DNA of 64,000 bases from Candidatus Giovannonibacteria bacterium RIFCSPLOWO2_02_FULL_45_28 (GTDB lineage Bacteria; Patescibacteriota; Minisyncoccia; UBA11713; 2-01-FULL-45-33), in NCBI GenBank assembly GCA_001780725.1, contig MFIM01000028.1, positions 10,368-74,367 of the forward strand, given 5' to 3'. Made by a program: the position numbers and the translations under genes. Under the pieces are notes generated by a model. It saw only the letters and a list, made by a program, of their open reading frames with translations. It was not told the DNA's origin and ran no database searches. This document shows positions 8,736-18,363 of this stretch, one piece after another (the stretch's first letter is position 1; every line of letters begins with the position of its first letter).

Positions 8736-9662
8736 GTGAAAATTAAGATTGGCAGGTTTGAGATTTATTCTCTGATGGACGGCTATTTTTGGCTGGATGG
8801 CGGAAGAATGTTCGCGGATCTGCCAAAGCTTAAATGGCAGACGATTTGCGTGCCGGATGATAACAACAGAATTCGGCTGGCCGCGAGATGCTATTTGATT
8901 AAGGGGCGCACGCTTACTCTTTTTGATACGGGCATGGGAAATCCGCCAGATCCAAAGTTCCCAAAATTTATGGGCGCTTCCTATTTGGATTTTTTTGGAA
9001 TTAATCAGAACGACGGCAACCTAATAATTAATCTAGAAAAAGCCGGTTTTGCCAAAGAAGACTTAAGATTTGTCACGCAAAGCCATTTACATCTTGATCA
9101 TTCTGGCTGGAACACATACACAAACGAAGAGAAAAAAATTGTGCCAGTTTTCCCAAACGCTGTTTATCTTATGGAGGATTGGGAGTGGCGGGCGGGAATG
9201 AACCCCCATCCTCGCCAGAAAGACAGTTATTTGAAAGAAAATTTTGTTCCGCTGGAAACCGCCGATTTGGACAACAAACTTAGATATTTGTGGAGGGTGA
9301 AGCACGATATAGACAAATGGGGGCGAACAAAAAACAAATTTCAACTGGAACCCGGCCTTACTTTTATAAGAACAGGCGGACACACCGATGGACATTGGGT
9401 GGCCCTAATTGAATCCGAAAACAAAAAAGCTTTTTTGGCCGGAGATTTGATTCCTACGCATAAGCATATAGTCCCGGGAAATTTAATGAGCTACGATTCA
9501 GATTTGAATAAAGTGTTTGGCGAAAAAATTAAATTTCTGACGAAGGCATGCCGCGAGAAGTGGCTGATTCTTTTTGACCACGACCCTGATTTTACAGGAG
9601 GTTATGTGGCCAAAAACCAAAAGGGACATTTTGAGTTTCACCCCTTTGAAGGAGGTGCGTAA
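8736..9662 (+). CDS. Metallo-beta-lactamase-fold hydrolase (YtnP-like)
   Basis: LDGGRMF, HLHLDH, GGHTDGH, AGD, FDHD. Confidence 0.88.
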   Translation: MKIKIGRFEIYSLMDGYFWLDGGRMFADLPKLKWQTICVPDDNNRIRLAARCYLIKGRTLTLFDTGMGNPPDPKFPKFMGASYLDFFGINQNDGNLIINLEKAGFAKEDLRFVTQSHLHLDHSGWNTYTNEEKKIVPVFPNAVYLMEDWEWRAGMNPHPRQKDSYLKENFVPLETADLDNKLRYLWRVKHDIDKWGRTKNKFQLEPGLTFIRTGGHTDGHWVALIESENKKAFLAGDLIPTHKHIVPGNLMSYDSDLNKVFGEKIKFLTKACREKWLILFDHDPDFTGGYVAKNQKGHFEFHPFEGGA

Positions 9663-9844
9663 TGTTTTGGAGCAAATTGGCAAGTTTTTTGATGACCGTT
9701 GTTTGCTCAATGTCCTTTATGTATTTCCATGTTTTTTCGGTAGCGCGAAATTTTAGCCGCTGGTGGGAAATTGTTTTTCTCGGATTGGCGGTGGCTTCGG
9801 GTTTAGTTTTTCTTTGGATCCTTCAAGGAAAATTTGGGAACTAA
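9662..9844 (+). CDS. Small membrane protein
   Basis: Two hydrophobic segments; TAATG coupling and GGAGG SD. Confidence 0.6.
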   Translation: MFWSKLASFLMTVVCSMSFMYFHVFSVARNFSRWWEIVFLGLAVASGLVFLWILQGKFGN

Positions 9845-9919
9845 GTTCCCAAGCGACGATCATCGCCCCGATTGACTTTCGGGGCGTTTTTTCGCTAGGA
9901 TGCGGATAGAAAAGGAGAT

Positions 9920-11101
9920 GTGATGCAGTACAAAAAGGGGCTAAGGGGCTATATCGCCGGGCAGACGAGCATTTGCGAATTAAACGAGAAGACAAAACGG
10001 ATTACCTACAGAGGGCGTGATATTGAGACTCTTGCCGGAAAAGTTCCGTTTGAAGAGGTTGCCTACTTGCTATTGGGCTCCCGGCATGCGTCTTGGTTTG
10101 AACTTAATGAATTTAAAATTCGGGTGTGCACCTCTTTTTGTAGTTTCGGTTTGGGGAAGTGGGAGAAAGTTGCGGAAACACTCGCGGCTTTGCCGCCCGA
10201 AGCGCATTCCATGGAGCTTTTGAGGCATATAATTAACGCTTTCGCGATGTATGACGACAGGCGTAAGCCGCAAGATGAGGCGCATGACCGCGAGATTGCA
10301 ATAGATCTAGTAGGCCTTATGATTTATTTTGTCGCTTTGGTTCAAAGGCATAAAGAAGGCCTAAGCCCGTTGCTGATTATACCTTCCGACAAAGGATCGC
10401 TGGCGGCAAACATTTTTTATCTGCTTGGGAAAAAGCCTTCGCCGTTAGAAGTTGAGGTGATGGATGTGCTTTTTACACTGTACGCCGAGCACGAATTTAA
10501 CGGGAGCACCTTCGGTGGCGTGAGAATGGCGGCGACTTTGGATACGGATATTTATTCCGGAATGATTAATGGGGTCGGGAATCTCAAGGGTCTGCGCCAT
10601 GGAGGCGCGAATGAAGCCACATGGGGACTAATACAAAGCTTTGCGGATGTTGTGGACGTTGAAGACTATCTTTTAAAAAAAATCGGCGAGACTCTTGAGC
10701 AAAAAGCCGGTTGGAAAATGCCCGGATTCGGGCACGCGGTTTATAAAACCGGCGATGCCAGAGTGCCGATTATTAAAGATTACATATACAGGCTGTCTCG
10801 CGAAAAGAAAAATATGATCTACTTTGATATATGCTGTAAGATTGAACAAGCGATGCTGAAAGCTCACAGACTTTATCCGCTCAAAAAGTACCCGTCGTTT
10901 AGGTGGTGGTTTCCGAATATAGATTTTTGGGCGGCGCCGGTTTATTACTTGATGGGCATTCCTCATTATCTGAACACCCCGCTTTTTGCGGCATCGCGCA
11001 TCGCCGGATGGGCTGCCCATTGGATTGAGTGTAAATACGAACTCAAAGAAAAACTCATCCGCCCAAGAGCGAAGTATATAGGCCCAAAACCACAAACTTA
11101 G
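9920..11101 (+). CDS. prpC: Citrate/2-methylcitrate synthase
   Basis: AEHEFNGST, HGGANE, GFGHAVYK, FPNIDF, RIAGWAAH; near prpD/prpB. Confidence 0.85.
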   Translation: MMQYKKGLRGYIAGQTSICELNEKTKRITYRGRDIETLAGKVPFEEVAYLLLGSRHASWFELNEFKIRVCTSFCSFGLGKWEKVAETLAALPPEAHSMELLRHIINAFAMYDDRRKPQDEAHDREIAIDLVGLMIYFVALVQRHKEGLSPLLIIPSDKGSLAANIFYLLGKKPSPLEVEVMDVLFTLYAEHEFNGSTFGGVRMAATLDTDIYSGMINGVGNLKGLRHGGANEATWGLIQSFADVVDVEDYLLKKIGETLEQKAGWKMPGFGHAVYKTGDARVPIIKDYIYRLSREKKNMIYFDICCKIEQAMLKAHRLYPLKKYPSFRWWFPNIDFWAAPVYYLMGIPHYLNTPLFAASRIAGWAAHWIECKYELKEKLIRPRAKYIGPKPQT

Positions 11102-11112
11102 TTTGGGGTTTT

Positions 11113-11361
11113 TTATTTATAGTGATTGTTAACGTCAATGATTTCTATTGTGTCTTTTTCTCGAAAAATAAAAATCGTCCGGTATTTGCGGTCAATTCGG
11201 AAACTCCAAATTCTAAGCGTCCGCGGTTCAAGAAGTTCTGTTTCCAAACTCGGATGAAACGGGTTGGATTCAAAAAATTGCTTTTGTTTTTCAAATTTAT
11301 TTTCAAGCTGTCGTTTACGCAAATATTCAACAAGGTCATAATGAAGCGGTAAAATTTTCAT
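11113..11361 (-). CDS. RelE/YoeB-type toxin
   Basis: NPFHPSLETELL, WSFRIDRKYR, NNHY. Confidence 0.82.
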   Translation of the reverse strand: MKILPLHYDLVEYLRKRQLENKFEKQKQFFESNPFHPSLETELLEPRTLRIWSFRIDRKYRTIFIFREKDTIEIIDVNNHYK

Positions 11362-11364
11362 GAA

Positions 11365-11589
11365 CTAAGTTCTGAAATAGCTTGATCGCTTAAACCCTCT
11401 TTTTAAGCTTGCTAAAAATTTCTTGTTATATTTTTTTGTTGCTTCAAGGGAAAACATTATCTCTTTTATATTTTTTGTTGGCGGCGCGGCAAAAATGTTC
11501 TGCTCCATCAATTGGCGCAGATAATCATACCGAAGTCTTTTATCCACCAACTCTTCATATTCTTTTTTGGGTATGGTCACGGTTACCAT
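11365..11589 (-). CDS. Putative antitoxin
   Basis: 74 aa VTIPKKEYEEL gene immediately upstream of the toxin. Confidence 0.7.
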   Translation of the reverse strand: MVTVTIPKKEYEELVDKRLRYDYLRQLMEQNIFAAPPTKNIKEIMFSLEATKKYNKKFLASLKRGFKRSSYFRT

Positions 11590-11896
11590 AGTTAAATAAT
11601 AAGTTTATAAGGTCAATTTGTCACTATTGACAAGGATTTGAGGGTGTGACAAGCTTGAATCAGAAAAAGGGGGTAAATAACAATGTTTTGTTTTGTGGTT
11701 TTTCTCGAATACGCCCGACGCACTTTTAGGAGAACTTAATTGCGGGGTGACAAAAACCCAAATTAAAGTAGAGAAAACCTATCTTATCACTGACTAGTTT
11801 GCACCAAAGCCGTCCGGAAATCCTGGCGGCGTTTTTTTATTTATTTGCCTTTCCTTCCGGTTTAGGTTAAAACGGACTTAGATTTGGAACGATGTG

Positions 11897-13276
11897 ATGG
11901 AATTAAATACAGCCAATTTGCTGGATTATCTGGCTGAATTTGCCTGCAATTTGAAATACGAAGATTTGCCGGAAGAGGTTGTGCGCGAAGCTAAAAGAAG
12001 AATTTTTGATTCTTTGGGGTGTTTGATTATGGGCGCGCGGCACGATGAAGCGGTGAAATTGGTGCGCCATGGGATGGCCGGAAAAGAGTGGCAGACGCAA
12101 CTTGTGAACGGCTTTGCCATCAGCATGGACGGCTCTTACTCTTTAGAAAACGCAGCTTATTTAAACACTCATAGTATCCGCGCCCTAGACTGGAATGACA
12201 CTTATTTGTCGCTGGAGCCCGCGCATCCGTCTGACAACATCGGCGCTATTTTGGCTTTGGCAGGAGTCTGTAGCGGGAAAGAATTGATCACGGCTTCGGT
12301 TTTGGCATACGATATTCAATGCAGATTTTGCGATGCGTTTTCTTTGCGGAAAGAAGGCTGGGATCATGTCGGATATCTTGAGATCTCTTCTGCTTTGGCG
12401 ACCGGGAAAATTATGAGGCTTGATTTCAAAAAAATGCGCCATGCCGCCTCGCTCGCATTGCGATTTTCGTTTTTGCGGCAGATAAGAGCCGGCAATTCGC
12501 TCTCCAACGCCAAAGGGCTTTCCGCCGCGGAGGCGGTTATGTTGGGCGTTCATTCTGTTTTGGAAGCAAGCTGGGGCGTGACAGGACCGGAAGAAATTTT
12601 AGAAGGCGAGTGCGGTTTTATAAAACAATGCGCCGGAGAACAAAAATTTGAAGTCGGCGCGTTTGAAAATTTGGGGTCTGATTTTAAACTTTTTACCACG
12701 CACATCAAATTTTTTCCGGTTGAATACCACGCGCAATCCGCCGTCTGGTCTGCGCTGGGACTCCGTGAAATGTTGGGAGGTGGCGCGGACACCGAAAAAA
12801 TAAAAGAGATTAAAATCATATCATCGGAAGCCGCAAAAAATATTATTGGCGGCGAGCAAAAAAAGGAAGTTAAAACGAAGGAGTCCGCCGATCATTCCAT
12901 TTTTTACATTACGGCTGTGGTTTTGGCGGACGGCGAGCTGACTTTAAAACAATACGATCCAATCCGGTTTTCTGATCCGAAAATCATTTCGCTGATGGAT
13001 TTGATGACGATTCAGGAGTCGCCGAATTATTCGCGAGCGTATTGTTTTAAAATGGCGCCCGAATTCGGCGTTACTCTGGTTTGCAGAATGAGGAACGGAG
13101 AGTTGTGCGTGTCCGGAGAGCATGTATATCCCAAGGGCCACTTCGCCAACCCCTTGAGCGATAAAAAGCTTAAAAACAAATTTGGAGAGCCGATGGACTG
13201 GTTGGACTTTGTCTGGAGCCTGGAAAAATTAAATGCAAAAGATCTCTATTGGATTTTGCGGGATCTAAAAGTATGA
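11897..13276 (+). CDS. prpD: 2-methylcitrate dehydratase (MmgE/PrpD family)
   Basis: LDWNDTY, HPSDN, KFFPVEYHAQS, ADHS, PKGH. Confidence 0.9.
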   Translation: MELNTANLLDYLAEFACNLKYEDLPEEVVREAKRRIFDSLGCLIMGARHDEAVKLVRHGMAGKEWQTQLVNGFAISMDGSYSLENAAYLNTHSIRALDWNDTYLSLEPAHPSDNIGAILALAGVCSGKELITASVLAYDIQCRFCDAFSLRKEGWDHVGYLEISSALATGKIMRLDFKKMRHAASLALRFSFLRQIRAGNSLSNAKGLSAAEAVMLGVHSVLEASWGVTGPEEILEGECGFIKQCAGEQKFEVGAFENLGSDFKLFTTHIKFFPVEYHAQSAVWSALGLREMLGGGADTEKIKEIKIISSEAAKNIIGGEQKKEVKTKESADHSIFYITAVVLADGELTLKQYDPIRFSDPKIISLMDLMTIQESPNYSRAYCFKMAPEFGVTLVCRMRNGELCVSGEHVYPKGHFANPLSDKKLKNKFGEPMDWLDFVWSLEKLNAKDLYWILRDLKV

Positions 13277-14163
13277 ACCTTAAAGAATTAATTGGCGCAA
13301 AAAAGCACCTGGTTCTCGTGGGCGTTACAGAGCCGATAGAAGCTCTCATAGTGAAAGCCGCAGGATTCAAAGCGGCTTACATTTCCGGTGCGGCTCTTTC
13401 AACCAAATTGGGTTTTTTGGACGAGGGGCTGATCAGTTTGGAAAAAATGGTTCAGGTGGTGAGCGATATCATAAAAGCGTCCGATTTGCCTCTTTTGGTT
13501 GATTGCGATACCGGACTTTGGTCTTCCGATTCGGAGGACTTTCAAAAAAAAGAAAGCCCGGAGGCGCAGAAAGAAATGGCGCACGCCATGATGCATCTTC
13601 TTGCTGACGCCGGAGCGGACGCTGTTCAGATAGAAGATCAGGCTCCCGCAAAAAAGAGATGCGGGCATCTTTCGGGAAAAGAGCTGGTTTCAATGAACGA
13701 TATGTTTTGGAAAATCAAAATGCTGGCTTATTGGAGAAAAAACAGAGATCAAGTAATAGTTGCGCGCACAGACGCGCGGGCGGTGGAGGGATTGGACGGC
13801 GCAATTTTCCGTGCTCACCGCTACATAAACGCCGGAGCGGATGCTATTTTTCCGGAAGCGCTGGAATCTTTGGAAGAATTTAAAGAATTCCGCCGCCAAG
13901 TCCCGAAAGTCCCGCTTGTTGCAAACTCGGCCGAATGCGGCAGAACTCCTCCATTTAATGCCGATCAGCTTTTCAGCGCTGGCTACCGGATTGTTTTAAT
14001 CCCGGCGACGCCTTTTCGGATGATGCTCCGCACTTTTAGAGACGCTTTGCAAGAAATAAAAACTTTTGGCTCCCTGAATTTCGCTGTTGAAAACGACGAA
14101 TTGATTTCAAGAACCGAACTGAATAAATTTATAAAAAAACATTCAAAAGTTTATAAAAAATGA
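13273..14163 (+). CDS. prpB: 2-methylisocitrate lyase (ICL/PEP mutase family)
   Basis: YISGA, DCDTG, IEDQ, KRCGH, ARTDA; ATGA overlap with prpD. Confidence 0.9.
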   Translation: MNLKELIGAKKHLVLVGVTEPIEALIVKAAGFKAAYISGAALSTKLGFLDEGLISLEKMVQVVSDIIKASDLPLLVDCDTGLWSSDSEDFQKKESPEAQKEMAHAMMHLLADAGADAVQIEDQAPAKKRCGHLSGKELVSMNDMFWKIKMLAYWRKNRDQVIVARTDARAVEGLDGAIFRAHRYINAGADAIFPEALESLEEFKEFRRQVPKVPLVANSAECGRTPPFNADQLFSAGYRIVLIPATPFRMMLRTFRDALQEIKTFGSLNFAVENDELISRTELNKFIKKHSKVYKK

Positions 14164-14218
14164 CCCCCTTGCTATTTAAGCTAAGGGGGTTTTATTATGG
14201 GGTCAGAACGCTTGAGAA

Positions 14219-16279
14219 TTGCATATGCCTAAATCCTCGGATTTTACACCGACCCGCAAGATCTTTGTCCCGACAAAAGAAGAACACATCCGGATGTACA
14301 AGCTTTTACTCCTAACTTCTGTTTTGGGCAGGGAGCTTGACAGAAGAAAAGATGAATTTGAACCCATTAAAATTTTCACTGGCATCGGCCAAGAAGCTAT
14401 TTATGTAGGTTCGGTTTCAGCCGCGGAGAAATACGATTGGTTCGCGCCGGACCATCGCGCCATGGGCGTGCTTTTGGGCAGGGGACTTACGCCCAAAGAG
14501 ATCATCTGCCAGGACGGCGCTTTTGCGGAGTCAATATATAGCGGATATAATTTCGGCATTCACATAGGAAGCCCGGAGCACCACTTGATTCGCTTTGAGT
14601 CTGATATGGCGCTGAATGTCGCTGTGGGCACGGGACTTATTGACGCTGTTTACTACACCCGCGATATTATTGAAAAAAAATCTTCCGACGAAAATCCGGT
14701 ATTGCTCGCTTATTTGGGAGACGGCGCGTCCGCGCACGGCAACGCGCATTCCGCTTTTCTTTTTGCTTCAACTAGAAAGCTTCCCGCACTATTTTTTATA
14801 AATAACAACGGTTATGCCATAAAAACGCCGGTGGAATACCAGCGGGCGCTGGCACGATTGGGCAGAATCGCGGAAGGTTACGGTATGAAGTTTTTGGTTG
14901 TTGACGGAAACAATGTTTGGAATGTGTGGAACGCAACTAAAATGGCGCTTGATGATATCAGAAACGACGGCGGACCGTGGATAATAGAATGCTGCACTTT
15001 TCGGGTATCAGGGCATAATGCCCACGAAACTTCTGAGATGTCCAGTTATGTTCCAAGAGATCTTCGTCTGGAATGGTTAGGCGAAGATCCGCTTGAGCAC
15101 TATAGCTTGAAGCTCAAGCTAATGAGATTTTTGGATGATGAGAGCGAAAAAATTTTTAGGATAGAGGCGGAAGAAAAAATCGCAGAAGCTTTCAGTGCCA
15201 TGAAAGCCTTTTCTCCTCCTTCAAAACTTCATCCTGTTTTCGCCCCCAGAAACACTGCCATTTTAACCACGCCAAAGACCTCCGAGAGAATACTAACTTA
15301 TAGCGCAGCAATCAACGAAGCCTTACGGCAGGCAATGGAAATGGATCTCGCAGTAAGGATTTTTGGGGAAGATGTTGAAAATGGCGGAGTGCACGGTGTC
15401 ACCAAAAAGCTTAATAAGCAATTCGGCAAAGAAAGGATTTTTCATACTTCTCTGGATGAGAATGGAATTTTTACTTATGCGATTGGCATGGCGCTGGCCG
15501 GGCTCAAGCCTTCGCCGGAAGTTCAGTTTCTCCCGTTTTTAAAGTATGCTTTCGGACCAGTGTCGAATTATCTTGCGACGCATCACGCAGTTACCGGTCA
15601 GGGATTGTCGGTAGTTATGCGAGCTCCGGCAGGCGGCGGATTTATTTCAAACAACTGCCACCAAGAAATGATTGAAGCAATGCTGGCGCACGGCGGAGGC
15701 ATTAAGATTGTTTGCCCATCAACGCCTTATGCTGCAAAAGGTTTACTCATGGCATCGTTTCGTGATGGCAACCCGGTGCTTTTTGTAGAACAAATTTCTC
15801 ACTACGGCAAAAAGGGCGAAGTGCCAGAGGAGCCGTATGAAATACCGATTGGCGAAGCAAAAACATTGTTGGAAGGCAGAGACATTTCAATTATTACTTA
15901 CGGAGCGATGATGGTTGAGCGGACATTGAAAGCGGCGGAGGCGCTGGCCAAGGAAGGTATTTCTGCGGAAATTATTGACTTGCAGACGATCGTACCAATG
16001 GACAGAGAAGCTGTTTTGTGTTCCGTGACCAAAACCGAAAGAGCGCTTATAGTCCACGAAGCCAAAACCAAATTCGGAGTTGGCGCGGAAATCGCAAGCA
16101 TGATCGGCGCTTATGTCAGCGAAGTGAGGCGGGATATAAAAGAAATGTCCGATTTCTTTGTTGCAACAAAAGTTCTTGGCGCGAAAGACGGGCCGGTTAC
16201 GGCGCATCCAGCGTTGGAGGTCTTGCGCTTGCCGCAAGTCGAAGATATAGTAGCGGCAGCAAAGGAGATGGCGCGATGA
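14219..16279 (+). CDS. 2-oxoacid (branched-chain type) dehydrogenase E1, fused alpha-beta
   Basis: GQEA, TPP motif GDG...NN, beta-domain GEDV, EVQF, IIDLQTIVPMD; start may be ATG at 14225. Confidence 0.88.
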   Translation: MHMPKSSDFTPTRKIFVPTKEEHIRMYKLLLLTSVLGRELDRRKDEFEPIKIFTGIGQEAIYVGSVSAAEKYDWFAPDHRAMGVLLGRGLTPKEIICQDGAFAESIYSGYNFGIHIGSPEHHLIRFESDMALNVAVGTGLIDAVYYTRDIIEKKSSDENPVLLAYLGDGASAHGNAHSAFLFASTRKLPALFFINNNGYAIKTPVEYQRALARLGRIAEGYGMKFLVVDGNNVWNVWNATKMALDDIRNDGGPWIIECCTFRVSGHNAHETSEMSSYVPRDLRLEWLGEDPLEHYSLKLKLMRFLDDESEKIFRIEAEEKIAEAFSAMKAFSPPSKLHPVFAPRNTAILTTPKTSERILTYSAAINEALRQAMEMDLAVRIFGEDVENGGVHGVTKKLNKQFGKERIFHTSLDENGIFTYAIGMALAGLKPSPEVQFLPFLKYAFGPVSNYLATHHAVTGQGLSVVMRAPAGGGFISNNCHQEMIEAMLAHGGGIKIVCPSTPYAAKGLLMASFRDGNPVLFVEQISHYGKKGEVPEEPYEIPIGEAKTLLEGRDISIITYGAMMVERTLKAAEALAKEGISAEIIDLQTIVPMDREAVLCSVTKTERALIVHEAKTKFGVGAEIASMIGAYVSEVRRDIKEMSDFFVATKVLGAKDGPVTAHPALEVLRLPQVEDIVAAAKEMAR

Positions 16280-16539
16280 GTCTCGTTGAAATTCATGTCA
16301 CCTTTCAGACCTTTGAAGAGGAGAAAACTGAAGCCAAATTCAAGGTTCTGGATATATTGGTTAGCGTTGGACAGTTTGTCAGAAAAGAAGATGGATTGGT
16401 TACGATTGAGACGGAAAAAGCTACGTTTGACTTTGAATCGCCGGTTGAAGGCTCAATAAAAGAAATCTTTTTAAAAGAAGATCCGGCGCAGGAATATTCC
16501 CACGGTACGTTGTTTTGCACAATCGAGGCTTCGCCATGA
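16276..16539 (+). CDS. Stand-alone lipoyl domain protein
   Basis: IETEKATFDFESP lipoyl-lysine motif; ATGA overlaps on both sides. Confidence 0.85.
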   Translation: MSLVEIHVTFQTFEEEKTEAKFKVLDILVSVGQFVRKEDGLVTIETEKATFDFESPVEGSIKEIFLKEDPAQEYSHGTLFCTIEASP

Positions 16540-17204
16540 AAACGCAAAAGCCATCCTTGCTTAGGCAGGCTACGGCGAAATATTTGACGAAATCGCAGAG
16601 TATTCCTTTTACTCCGATTTGGACGAGCGCCGATGTATCCAAACTGCTTGAAATCCGCGCAGTTTCGCGCCACAAGTTCAGTGCGATGCTTCTTTATTTA
16701 CTTGCAGAATCTTTGCTTCGGATGCCGGAGATGAATATCGGTTGGGAAGAAAAAGAATCACAAATTATTTTGTACGACACTTTGAATCTCGGCATTTCGT
16801 TAAACACAAAAGACGACGATGTCGTGGTGGCACGGATTGCGGAATCGAATCGCAAAAACATCAGCCAACTCAATAGCGCAATCTCGGAACTAGAGGAAAA
16901 AGCGAAGACTACTGGCAAAATACTGGAAAAAGATATTTTCCCGTTACCAAACATTGTTCTTAATAACGCTGGAATGATGGACATAGAAGGAGGCGTGCCG
17001 ATACCGCTTCCGTGGAACGCGCTTATGGTGACAACGTTTACAGTTAAGCGGATGCCGGTTGCTGATCCACATAAGCCTTGGGCCATTGGCGTTCTGCCAA
17101 TGATGAACGTTGTTTTAACTTTCGATCACCGTCTTTTTGACGGCGCGAAAGCGGCGAAATTTCTCGCACTATTTAAACAAAGACTAGAAAACCCCCGTTT
17201 TTAA
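16536..17204 (+). CDS. Dihydrolipoamide acyltransferase (E2), catalytic domain only
   Basis: FDHRLFDGA (HxxxDG); no lipoyl or peripheral subunit-binding domain. Confidence 0.85.
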   Translation: MKTQKPSLLRQATAKYLTKSQSIPFTPIWTSADVSKLLEIRAVSRHKFSAMLLYLLAESLLRMPEMNIGWEEKESQIILYDTLNLGISLNTKDDDVVVARIAESNRKNISQLNSAISELEEKAKTTGKILEKDIFPLPNIVLNNAGMMDIEGGVPIPLPWNALMVTTFTVKRMPVADPHKPWAIGVLPMMNVVLTFDHRLFDGAKAAKFLALFKQRLENPRF

Positions 17205-17593
17205 CGAGGGTTTTTAATTTGGTTGAGTTCCGGGCTGTAAAAAAGGCTGCCGGACGGTTTGCCGCAATAAGGGCACGGCCATTTAACTTCGTACTGAAAA
17301 ACATGCTTTCCGGATAAGCTGCTTTGCAGCCACTTGATGTTATATTCCTCGTCAGGCAACATGGGCCCCAAAATGCGCACAACTTTTCCTTTAGGAAAAT
17401 AATTTTTATTATAGCGGTCGCAGTGATATTGTTCTCGCCATTTTATCAAATCGCCCAGGCGAAAACCCTTTTCTTCTACAGGCTTCGCCTCGCATTTCAA
17501 CGCGCTTCTTTTGTTTCTGTATCTCGTCTTGCATTTTTTGCACACATAAGTAAATCGCACTCTTCTTGGCAAAACTTCTCTGATAGTTTTCAC
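17201..17593 (-). CDS. Hypothetical Cys-rich (putative zinc-binding) protein
   Basis: CKKC...CE and CPYC motifs; ATGA-coupled to lipB. Confidence 0.6.
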   Translation of the reverse strand: MKTIREVLPRRVRFTYVCKKCKTRYRNKRSALKCEAKPVEEKGFRLGDLIKWREQYHCDRYNKNYFPKGKVVRILGPMLPDEEYNIKWLQSSLSGKHVFQYEVKWPCPYCGKPSGSLFYSPELNQIKNPR

Positions 17594-18309
17594 AAAGGCA
17601 TCCTTTCGCTTCTGGGTTTATGGTATCGCGAAATCAGTTCTGTGGCAAGCTTGATTTTTATCTCGTCTTTTTCTGATTCGGAAAAACTTTTTACGTTTAA
17701 TTCTTCGGCCATAGAAGTTATGCGCACGTCCTTAAGACCGCAGGGAATCAGCGGCTCTAAATACTTTTCTTCCGGATCTAAAGAAACCGTCATGCCGTAT
17801 CTTGTAACGCCGCGCGAGATTTGGAGACCAACAGAGGCAATCTTTTTTTCTTTGCCGATATAAAGGCCGGGGTTATCTTTTCTGCGCCGAGTTTCTACGC
17901 CGTAAGTTTTCAAACATGCGGCGGCGGAATCTAAAAGCGCGTTCTCAAAGTTTGATATAGACATGTTTTTTATTTCAAAAATACAATAAACCGAAAGAAT
18001 GCCGGGGCCCTGATAGGTTACAAGTCCGCCGCGCCCGATTATTTCAATGGGCGCCGGAAGTTCCCAAATTTCTTTTTTAAAACAGCGCTGAATACCGGCT
18101 AGGTTTTTTGCCAGCGAAGCGCCAGCAGTGTAAACCGGCTCATGTTCAACAAAAATTAGCTGGTCATTTTCCTTGTTTTTGAAAACCTTTTCTGCCCAAT
18201 ATTCATCTTGTATTGCCACAGCTTTTTTAATTGGGAAATTTACGCCCCAGTCTTCAATTTGAAAATACATATGTAAAACGCGTCTCTTTTTTGAGCTTAA
18301 TCCCGCCAT
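17590..18309 (-). CDS. lipB: Lipoyl(octanoyl) transferase
   Basis: EHEPVYTAG, RGGLVTYQGPG, KIASVG, IPCG. Confidence 0.88.
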   Translation of the reverse strand: MAGLSSKKRRVLHMYFQIEDWGVNFPIKKAVAIQDEYWAEKVFKNKENDQLIFVEHEPVYTAGASLAKNLAGIQRCFKKEIWELPAPIEIIGRGGLVTYQGPGILSVYCIFEIKNMSISNFENALLDSAAACLKTYGVETRRRKDNPGLYIGKEKKIASVGLQISRGVTRYGMTVSLDPEEKYLEPLIPCGLKDVRITSMAEELNVKSFSESEKDEIKIKLATELISRYHKPRSERMPL

Positions 18310-18363
18310 TGAATTTTTGCAATCACGGCGCTATAGTTTTGGCAGATTGAAAGGCTGGAAAAT

